Positions 10,801-20,266 of a stretch of 64,000 nt of DNA are shown here, piece by piece. The notes under the pieces were generated by a model. That model did not search any database. It saw only the letters and a program-made list of their open reading frames with translations, and was not told where the DNA came from. The stretch covers positions 9,610,001 through 9,674,000 of the forward strand of contig OZ116708.1 in the NCBI GenBank assembly GCA_964199315.1, read 5' to 3'. This stretch comes from Orbicella franksi. Its lineage: Eukaryota. The number at the start of each line of letters is the position of its first letter. The first letter of the stretch is position 1. Made by a program: the position numbers and the translations under genes.

Positions 10801-13800
10801 ATCCAACCTATAATTATTTAAAGAAGAAGCGTTCTGTATCCACTGGATCCTTTTCTCCAAGGCATCATCGTTGGCAANNNNNNNNNNNNNNNNNNNNNNN
10901 NNNNNNNNNNNNNNNNNNNNNNNNNNNNNNNNNNNNNNNNNNNNNNNNNNNNNNNNNNNNNNNNNNNNNNNNNNNNNNNNNNNNNNNNNNNNNNNNNNNN
11001 NNNNNNNNNNNNNNNNNNNNNNNNNNNNNNNNNNNNNNNNNNNNNNNNNNNNNNNNNNNNNNNNNNNNNNNNNNNNNNNNNNNNNNNNNNNNNNNNNNNN
11101 NNNNNNNNNNNNNNNNNNNNNNNNNNNNNNNNNNNNNNNNNNNNNNNNNNNNTACTGTTTCGGCCTTCTGGGCCTCATCAGTGCAGTGCTGAAGACTAGG
11201 ATGGAGGCTAAGCTTAAAAAGCCGCCCCAAATACTACACATGTGGTAGTATATATGTATAAATAAATATGAATATACATATGTCTGAATTTATGAAAACC
11301 GTGTCAAATTTGGGGCAAAACTTTCGCGCCTGCCTGCCGGCAATAGCCGGTAGGGAGGTCTTTGCGGTGCTTGAAAAGCCAGGGGGCTTCCGTCAAGGAG
11401 GGTGGGGGAAGATAGCCCTGGGACCTGGCTACCCGCTGATATTAAGCGGGGCTGCCAGGAGCTAACCCTAGGGGGGTGGGGTGGGTCACAGAGAGAGGCA
11501 CATTCCTCAGTTAAAACTGCTCATTTTCTTTGCAGGACAGCCTTGGCCAGTGATGCCCTGCGGTCTTAGGGGCTGGCAGCCAGCCAGCCAGACACAAGCA
11601 AGGTGGGTGAGTAGGCTGTGTGTTGACAGAGTGCCTGTGGTTGATCGAGTGAAAAAGCCTGTGTATTTTCTTGGAAAAGTGTCAGGGTGGTTGTGTTGAA
11701 ATTAGCACGGTTTTCATAAATCCAGACTCAGGAAAGATAATATAAGCAACGAACAGAAAAAAGATCTCCTTAGACACCAGGAGATATTCTGGCAAAAGAA
11801 ACTGAATTCCATGCAGCCAAATGGACTTAACAAACGCATTGGCTAACCATTCAATATAATTGCAGTGATCTTTACAAAGTTCTGGGTACACAAATTGTTT
11901 TTAACATACGTTGTAAGGGTCGCTAATTGACGCAAACTCGTAACTGATGTACATACACAATTATGCTATACAATTAAGCAATTTACGGATGAAAGTACCT
12001 TTAACACGTAATATAATTAACTGTAATACCGAACGCAGTTTAGACCCCTGAAGAAGGCGTAAGCCGAAACGCGTCCGGTCAATAAAGGATTCAAATGAAC
12101 AGATGTAGTCCATTCTCCTTTGTACGAACTAGATCTATATATATATATAACCGATTTTCCAAAAACATGCCCGCTATTTTGGTGCAAAGTCTTTAACACC
12201 GTTTTCATAAATTCAGACATATACTGGCACAGAATGTGTTAAACTGCTCAGGGAATTCCCTAGTTTGACTCTAAATGCTTTAGAAAGATCGACAGAAATT
12301 AGACACGCTCGTTTTTCGACCTTTCTGGGTCATGCAGTCTTATTCCCTTGAAATATATGTCTGGATTTATGAAAACGGTGTTAAAGACTGAATCAGGTGT
12401 TCTTTGATTTATTTGTTTTTTTCATTTCTTTGTTTGTTTGTTTGTTTTTTCTGCTTTCGCTATGACAGCAGCTTGTAAATCTTACCTAGCATGAAATGTA
12501 GAAACTCCTTGCCGCATGTTTCATTTATTTAGGTATTTTTTTCATTATTTATCGACCCCCCCCCCCCAATCTCCCCCCTTTTCAATTTGCGTTAAGTTTA
12601 GCCCAGGCTACACTCGTCTGAATTCAGTTCGCGCGGTGACTCTGACAAGGAGCGACCGATTAGCGTTCTGTATTTGCTGTCTAAAGGAAGTCTGCCCGAG
12701 GACATCATTATGTCCAGTGAAGGCCCAAGTCTAACGATTTGCTAGTAAGCGTCGTCCATTATCGTACGTGAGGCGGGCCTGAGGAGATGTGTAAACCGTA
12801 CGGGTCACATTTAGCCTCCTAACAGTAGGCCGTTTGCCCTGTGGCGATAATGTTGTGCTTGCTTTAGACAGCAAAACTCTTTAGCCACATGGATTTAGGG
12901 CTTAGACGTGCAATGGACTAGACATCTCTAGCTGCTGTTGGCGTCATTTGCTCTGAACTTTGATGTAGCTAAAGACTTAGAAAGAAAATCTGTTGAAATC
13001 TGGATGTGCTATTCCGCGCTCGACAAAATTGAAGTACATCCGGGACATTGCTATTTGCGAGCAAAACATGGCCACGAGGAGAGAGAAGAACATGAGTTCA
13101 AGCGCTGATCGTGAGTAGAATTTCCTTGTTTTATCAATTTTAGGCGTTCTCGGCTTAGCTAAGTATCAGAACTGTCTGTGATTCGCTAGCGCGGAAGAAA
13201 TTTATTTGCGTGGCTTCCGGGCGATAATTGACGTAACGACAAAATGTTGAGTGTTCGCTTACTGCTAACTATGGCCTAGTTTGTTTGAATTTCAATCGAT
13301 TCTCGATGTAGGAAGCTCTTGTTCAGTCCATTTAGGACGATGCAGACCTTTAGAAAGCAATAGATTGGCTCTCCGCCGCGGTTTTGATATCTGTACGTTC
13401 GTGTTGATTTAGACTCCAATTTCATGTTAAAAGCACTCTTAATTAAATTGTACAATTCATGATTCAACGAAAAGACGGTGAACTTAGTCTTCCTGGCCTC
13501 AAAAGGCATACAGGAGAGTTATTTGCTGCTATTTGAGCGACGATAAGCCTCGTGGAAAGCTAGCTCTAGGACAGAATTGTAGCAAGTTAGATTATCAGTG
13601 ACAAGTCAGAGGGACGAAGGGACGGAGGGACGGAGGGACGGAGGGACGGAGGGACGGAGGGACGGAGGGACGGAGGGACGGAGGGACGGAGGGACGGAGG
13701 GACGGAGGGACGGAGGGACGGAGGGACGGATATTCTATTTTAGTTCTTATGTACAGTTGATGTGATGTCTTCCAAGATTTTATCAACTTAATAAATGTAG

Positions 13801-16800
13801 ATGTAGATGTAGATGTCTGGTCATGGGCTCTGGTCATGTTTTATTAATGTTATCGGGGAAAAAAATCCGTAGTTGCATTAACATGGGCAACCGAAGGTAA
13901 AAGCAGAAGGGAAGGGCCTATAAAGAGACGTGGCGGAGGATCATAAATAAAGAAATTAAATGGAAATTTCGGATTATCACACGGAGGGAGCCAGAGGTTG
14001 CGGTCAGAGACAGGTTGGCTTGAAGGAAGAGGAAGAGGACGAATGTCCCATTCTTCACGAGAAGAGAAGGAATCGGTGATGATAGACACTTCGGCGGCAC
14101 ATCAGACGAGTTTGGTCACGCCATGGATCATATTTTGGCGAAACGCAGTCGAGCCGAAAAAGCACTGGCGTGGTCAAATGGGCCCGACATGCCGTGCACA
14201 AAAAAGGGACGATTGGGTTTTTACCATATCCAAATTAGGCAATAATTCCGCCAATATAAGGTCAGTAACTAAATATTTTTGGATATAAGGGCAGAAAAGG
14301 CTTCTGATTGGCTAGTTGCGAGATTATCTTTCGTAAAACGTCAGCAGAAGGCTAGAGCTCTGAATGGCTGATACCAGGAGCCATAATCGGGGACGGAGAC
14401 CGTAAGTCTTAGGATCCGCGCGCACCTATGATATGGGACAATTTTTTCTATTTTTAGAACAGATCGCGCCATCCTGACGTCATATATCCGCGCGGATTCA
14501 CGCACATGTCAGGGGCTCTCGCGTGGATGTTGTCACGTTGTGTGATCAAATGGTGAGAGTTGAAAGATTCTCTTGCGTATTTTTCACAGCGATGGCAGGG
14601 AATAAGGCAGGGAATACGAACCAGGGCGCTTATACGTAGTTTTATGCTCTGAACTAACGGAAAAGGTGGGTTTTTCAGGGTAGAAAGCAAGAATTCAATC
14701 TCGCGCTGGAAATGAATAATAAGATCTGCTCACGCTAGTTGTAAGCTTACGCGTATGTTTTTGCGTTTGTTCTGCATGACTTAAGAATATAGCAAGAAAA
14801 CTCTCTACTCTGGTATCGAGTTAATTTGTGAGTTTCTCAGACAATGGTTAATCATAACCAAAACCTGTTTTGATGGTTTCTTATTGTTTCTGCTTGTTTG
14901 GTGAGTTTGCAAAAGTTTTTGAAAGGAAAGTCTGACGCGTACAATTAGCTCATTTGCATAGTGCAGCTCGTGCACGTTCAATCCGAGTCGGTGTTTGACA
15001 AAGATTTCTTTCGTTATCTTTTGTGCTGAGATGCTGCAACAAATTTCACGAACGCAAAAAAGGCTACTAACATCATGTGTGTTTCTTCAACATAAGCATA
15101 GTGAAGTTTTACACTGCGAAAATGAAAATAAACAAGGAGTTTGATAACTCGATCAACAAAATCGAAATCGTTATTCGAAGTTGATTAAAGAAAGCGTCAT
15201 TGTAACTTTGCTGATTATTTCTGCTTTATTCACATATTTCCAGCTTAGCTTTTAAATATGTTCTCAAACATTTATCAGTCTTAAACATATTTAAAAACTA
15301 TAGAGTTATTGTTTGAGTTCGATGTACGAATTAGTGCGGCGGCGGAAGTCCAATTTGTCATGTTTACTGACTGTACAAAACACGCATCGGCGGGCGCTCT
15401 CTTCATCGACAACAGAGAATTTACTGGATTTTTACACAAATAAAACTGAGCAGTATCTGAGGACGTAAAGTTATTGGGCCTTGATGAAACATCAAGCGTT
15501 GCTTACAATTCAGGCGAAGCTCTAAGTAGCAATTATTTTGTTTTACTTTTCGGTCGCGATAGACTGGCAAATTCCTCGCAAGCGTGTGGTAAGAGGAGCT
15601 AGGAAACCATGAAGTCCTGAAGCACTGCTATATCTAAATATATCCAGCTAGTTTTTTGCTGTGTAATGGAAAAGCTGTTAATCTTCAAAATATGTGAAAT
15701 TTAAAGTGCAGTAATATACAGCTCATGTAAAAGAAGCATCCGTCGGAACACAACTTGGTCAGCGATATATATTAAGCTTAAAGCGGAACATACCTAAATT
15801 CGACACGGTCTTACTTCACTCAAACTGGAGGAGCTTACGACGAAGATACTTAATTAAGCAAACTTCCAACAGACGTAAACGCGTTTAGTTGTGGGCCAAA
15901 AACATGAAAAATTTCGGGAATTTCGGACGCCATTTCCCCCGCGCGACATCCGCAAAAATCCTTGCAGCATGTACGCGCGTGTGCCGCAGGTGATGGCGCA
16001 ATTTGTTCTAAAAATAGAATTATTGTCCAATATCATGGGGACAACCCCAATACTTGAAATGGCGCGCGCTTACGGTCTCCGTCCCCGATTATGGCTCCTG
16101 CTGATACCAAATTTGGACGCATACAGTTCAAAAACGGTAAGATATCGTGACGTCACCTCATAAGCTGCCTCCCTCATAAACTGCTTTGATCTTGCCGTCC
16201 ACATAACAGGCACACTTAAAACCCATAATATGTCTTTCACACCCCAGTTGACGTCTCCAGTCTCCTGCCGAATGACCTTGAGTGCTTCGTTTCTAAGAAA
16301 CTTGATGCAATGCGCAAATACTGGAATGGCTCTTACTGCTTTCCCGTTAGATGCTTTGAGGAGGGTGCTCTTTAATTCCAAGACCTAATAAACATAAGGA
16401 TAAAGCTAAGATAGTGAGAACTAGACGCTGGACGCAAGCGCAGTATATGTATAAGGTTTGACCGAATCCGTCTGTTTAGCGAGATACAGAAAGAAAATAG
16501 ATCTCCGTTTCATAATAATAATAATAATGATAATGATAACGATAACGGCAACGACAATGACAACGATAATGACATTGATAATGATAATAATACATTCTTA
16601 CTTAGGGCCTTACCTGATCATTATACAAAGCCATCTTGAAAAGTTCAAAAAACAAGAATTCATCCTGTGCTTCGTAGACGCTCCTCAGGTATGCATACTT
16701 TTCTACCGCTTTATATCCAAACGAGTCGAATAACTGGTCTGGTTTAAGTAACAGGCATGTGGGTGTCTTGCTTGTTCGATGGCCTTGTTCATTTACCCAG

Positions 16801-16939
16801 TCTTTATTCATGAAAATCATAGAGTTTTCACCTTGTTCCTTGTTGAGTGAGAAAGCAAAGCCGCTGTATGTTGTTCCCAGATCGATTGCAACAGTAGCGA
16901 GGAAACTTTTCTCTCTGCCGAAAAGTAAGTCTCTGAGAC
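7825..16939 (-). CDS. HSPA12: HSPA12-like (divergent Hsp70 family) gene; exons 16614-16939, 16157-16384, 9584-9752, 7825-8897; first coding exon not located
   Basis: Motifs VAIDLGTTYSGFAFS, KTPTCLLL, VPVMWTARSKQFMREAAYE, EAEAAAHFC, DIGGGRLDVT and YFGGTEM match the HSPA12A/B pattern. All introns are GT-AG with compatible phases (0, 0, 1). The exon at 16939 begins after a phase-1 acceptor, so an upstream exon is implied. Confidence 0.88.
9190..9348 (-). mobile_element. tRNA-derived SINE fragment
   Basis: The reverse complement starts GGAGGTAGCGTGGCTGAGTGGTAAGGGCG (A-box-like) followed by a degenerate B-box (GTCTCAAGTCCC). Confidence 0.5.
9914..9988. mobile_element. Short MITE with CAACCCCGTTCCCGGGGTC / GACCCCGGGAACGAGGGTTG termini
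   Basis: Terminal inverted repeats visible directly. A related decayed copy lies at about 31021-31088. Confidence 0.6.
9995..10877 (+). mobile_element. Penelope-like element (PLE) remnant with inverted 5' segment, broken by N gaps
   Basis: 10455-10492 encodes a frameshifted GIY-YIG-type tail (LSPL-LNKRCEF*), followed by an AT-rich UTR and a hammerhead core at 10713-10759. 10407-10448 is the exact reverse complement of 10749-10790 (42/42). Confidence 0.7.
10713..10759 (+). ncRNA. Type I minimal hammerhead ribozyme (U3 variant)
   Basis: ATTCTTAGTG-TTGAAGA-A-GCCC GAAT GGGC-GAAA-CG-TC^CACTTGAAT. Stem I is AGTG/CACT extended by ATTC/GAAT, stem II is GCCC/GGGC, and stem III is the palindromic ACGT. 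Predicted cleavage after 10750. Confidence 0.75.
11153..11190 (-). ncRNA. Type I hammerhead ribozyme core (retrozyme-like), 3' part lost in the N gap
   Basis: Minus strand reads AGCACTGCA-CTGATGA-GGCC CAGAA GGCC-GAAA-CAGTA|NNN: a perfect CUGAUGA/GAAA core with a 4-bp stem II. The cleavage triplet and the 3' strand of stem I fall in the gap. Confidence 0.75.
11728..12090 (+). mobile_element. Penelope-like element 3' end (GIY-YIG C-terminus, UTR, hammerhead)
   Basis: A plus frame reads ...KDLLRHQEIFWQKKLNSMQPNGLNKRIG*, the typical end of a PLE GIY-YIG domain. It is followed by a UTR, a hammerhead at 12043-12080 and AATAAA. Confidence 0.75.
12043..12080 (+). ncRNA. Type I minimal hammerhead ribozyme
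   Basis: GACCC-CTGAAGA-A-GGC GTAA GCC-GAAA-CGCG-TC^CGGTC. Stem I is GACC/GGTC with a C.C mismatch next to the core, and stem III is the palindromic ACGCGT. Predicted cleavage after 12075. Confidence 0.78.
12188..12389. repeat. Foldback retrozyme-like remnant: 36-bp inverted termini around a decayed hammerhead
   Basis: 12188-12223 and 12354-12389 are 35/36 inverted matches. The minus strand of 12314-12338 reads ACTGCA-T-GACC CAGAAA GGTC-GAAA, with the CUGAUGA box largely deleted. Confidence 0.6.
13611..13730 (+). repeat. Tandem repeat (GGGACGGA)n, about 15 copies
   Basis: Read directly; the first copy is the variant GGGACGAA. Confidence 0.95.
14375..16100. mobile_element. Non-autonomous DNA transposon, P-element-like (32-bp TIR, 7-bp TSD)
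   Basis: Perfect 32-bp TIRs CAGGAGCCATAATCGGGGACGGAGACCGTAAG, with further subterminal inverted similarity. CTGATAC is duplicated at 14368-14374 and 16101-16107. No transposase ORF inside. Confidence 0.8.
16511..16590 (+). repeat. (ATA/ATG/ACG)-type trinucleotide microsatellite
   Basis: ATAATAATAATAATAATGATAATGATAACGATAACGGCAACGACAATGAC... in an HSPA12 intron. Confidence 0.85.
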
Positions 16940-18327
16940 CTATGTAAAGCAAAACAAATGGAGTGACAATGGAACAATAAAAAAGGTAAACAAAATGGTC
17001 AAAAGAAGAGAACAGAAACGTAAAGGGAAGAAAATAAAAAATCACACTCACACGAGCTATATTTCTGTGCATTTTTAAGGAGGTATTCTGGCGTGACTAG
17101 TCTGATTTCGTGAAAGCAGTGACTCTTGATTACTTATATTAAAATTAAAAAAAACAAACAAACAAATAAGTAAATAAAAGTGAGCTCTAGCGCACAAAAC
17201 GATAGCATATTTAGTGAAAACTGCCCCGTCTAGAGGCATAATTGCAATTACTGGCGGGATAAGAGAAAAGCAACTAAACAAAATGGCGTAGCGTTTGAAC
17301 GCAACACGCGACAGGCCTTGATGATGAAACTTGTTCTTTCAGAATGCGTCCATGTTTTCAAACTTTCTCAAAAATACAAATCACAAGCTTATAATGCAAC
17401 TCCTTGGACGTTAAGCTTGACCATCACAATGTGGAAAATTTGAAGGGCATTTGTACAATCGTCCTCGACTTCCGCAGGTAAAAAAATTATATACGTGGCG
17501 TAAAATAAGAAAACAATCTAGACCATGCCAGACTGCGCAACGGTACCCCGAGCAAACGACTAGTGCTTGTAAACTGAGCATGCGATTCTATTCAATATTA
17601 CCTGTTAATATGAATGCCATGTTAGGGATAACTTCCTCAATACCTCAGACCAAGCGAATAGCAAAGTAAAATGATGTGAGAATCGTCTTCTGCCGTTGTC
17701 AGTTCCTGGAAACACAATGAGCAAGGATTTTGTAGAAACAGTAATGCGGTAATCTGCCGGTAAGTGTAACACAACTACTTTCAGCTATTGTTCACGACGG
17801 ACTCTTTCTCCTTTCTGTTGTGATAACCTGGCAGGTGATCAGAGGCTATCTAGTTCTACATAAGTTGCTAGTGGTTTGAAATGAAACATCGTTTTTCAAT
17901 GTTATTAACTTTAGTGAGCTGCGATCGTTTTCGCAAAGTGTGACAGTTTCCGGTTTTCAGCGAAAAACAAAACCGGAAGTGCGCTCACTGTAACAAGTGC
18001 GATTATATTGAAGTCCAGTCTTTCACTTTTCAATGAAACTGAGACGATTCATACTAGTTATGTAATTCAGAAGAGCCGGTAATCTGAATTTAAATAATTT
18101 TTTATTTTGCACGCTTGCTGGGAGAATATTGGCCTTGGATTCAACTGTAAAGTGTATAATAATTTAAAAATGTATGTACAGCCCTCTTGCCTGGGGTTAT
18201 TCTTGTCCCTAGTGCTACACCTTTCAAGATGTCGTCACGGCGAGAATGACCTGGGGCGTGAAGAGACTGGAACGACTGCAGTGGTGGATCCAGACCTTGT
18301 GCTAAGGGGCCGGAGGCGGCTTTTCTT

Positions 18328-18887
18328 CCTTTCTGAAAAACTGCAAAGGCCTCAAAATCGCGCAGCTCGCACCCTAATGTCTGCGAGCTATGATAGTAAT
18401 TTGGATGATTTGTTCCGGGCACTAGGGTGGCGAAGACCCTACTATCAAAGATTGGAACAGAAGTCTATCCTGATGTATGAAACATTGCATGGTATGACCT
18501 CTGATTGTCTGAGATCAAGCTAAGATTCGTATATCGTGACAATGTAAGTTCTTATCGTTTAAGGAATACCGGAAACAAATTGTTTCTTCCACAACCTCGA
18601 ACTGATTATCTTAAGAGAAGTTTTTCGTGCAGCGGACCTCATGCAGTTGTGGAACGACTTAGCTATAGACCTGAGACAAGCATCTTCACTGACCGATTTC
18701 AACTCTAAATTAAGTCGCCACAGTTTAAAGTAATATCTTAATTTTAAGTAAATTTTTAGACACGGCCTCCATGAAAAGCAGTTTTTTTCTTTTCTTTTTT
18801 TCTTTTTTGAATTTAAATCGTTGTTATTAATTTTTATTATAGTTAGGCAGATAGGTCGATAGTCCAGTAACTTTGTTGACTGATGGA

Positions 18888-18918
<31 letters not shown>

Positions 18919-18941
18919 TAATCTTATCTTATCTTATCTTC
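18328..18941 (+). mobile_element. 5'-truncated LINE (CR1/L2-like) 3' end
   Basis: Frameshifted ORF2 tail LQRPQNRAARTLMSASYD...LFLPQPRTDYLKRSFS, an AT-rich UTR, then AATAAA and an (ATCTT)n tail. Confidence 0.85.
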
Positions 18942-20266
18942 TGCGATTTTCTTTCTTTTTTACCCAAAATAAGGGGGGCTGGGGCCCCGGGCCCCTCCCC
19001 TAGATCCGCCACTGAACTGTTAGTATAATACAACGCGCAACAAAGTTAGAGGGGTTGCAGAGGCTGTCAGAGATTAATACACTTGCAATTTAAAGAAAAT
19101 AAGATGAAAACTTGAAATGCACCATAACCTAATGATGACACCACTAAACAATTTTTTTTTTAACATTTTATTTAGCAAAAAAGATAAATACAGCAACAAT
19201 TTATTACACCTTCCTAGTATGCATGGGTCAATGTGTTTGTTTCACGTTTTTGGTGGATTTACATGTAGCAGAGGGGTTGGCCACCCAATCTATTCCTTTC
19301 CCCTCCCCTCCCCTCCCCTAATCCACCCCTGGGTACAGACATCTATCTAACATGTATAAAATTTGTGAACAAGGGCCAAGAATCCTTTCCCCCACTCTTT
19401 TTCAAGTAAAACAGTGCACATTTTATTTTCATTCTGCCCTTTTGGGATTCCGTCACTGAATTTGTGCTGTGATTTATCTGATTCTTGACAATGAGTAGAT
19501 TTCTCAGTTATCTTTTACAGGGGCTGTCACATCGACAGGTTATTGTCTGCACCCACACGCATGGTAATTGTGCTTCCTCCATCAAATAATTTTGATCAAA
19601 AAATGAAAGTGAAGAACTACAGTGTACCCATAGTCTTAAGCTGATTTGTCCATATTCAACACATTTATGTTTGTTGTCACAAATTCTTTATCTACACTCT
19701 CCTCCCCACTCCCTCAAGGCATTCTTCTTGATTCAAATTTATGTTGATAACATACACATATGTGGACAACAAAAGTTCCCACTTTCATTAGAATGAACAG
19801 ACTAAAATTAATATTAGGACGTAATGGATGCCGAACAATATAAGAGACTCGCTGAGAAAAAGAGATCCTTGTTTGAAAAATTATGTACTGAAGGTACTGA
19901 GACTCCTGAAGACAAAAAGATTTAACACTGACAGAAAAACCTGACTTTGTATCTCTGTCATCATATACAAGAGCTTGGGAATGAGAGATAATTTAGAAGA
20001 TCAAAGCCGGGCTTGAAAACAACTTGAATTCCAGCTTGCCCTTAGGACAAGCACACTCTCAAATTTTGCTTGGGAAACAACCTCAAGAATTTCTTTACTC
20101 TCCTCGTCAATCCCTTCTACTCTCTCTGATATGTTAACTTTTACTAACAGCATTATTAAGCAATGTTAACTAGAAAACATAACCAACAGCATGGCTAACT
20201 TATTTCAAGATTACTGCTCTATTAAAAAGATAATAATAATTGAATGAGATTATAAGGGCATAACTG

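Noticed and set aside
10001-11248. Long ORFs in the track spanning X residues
   Set aside because: Artefacts of the two N gaps (10112-10406 and 10878-11152).
13068-13110. ATG...GATC|GTGAGT, a first-exon-like segment on the plus strand
   Set aside because: No downstream exon could be linked; probably part of an unidentified repeat.
13611-13730. Regular repeat arrays (also 39270-40610) as CRISPR-like arrays
   Set aside because: No unique spacers and no cas genes; eukaryotic satellites.
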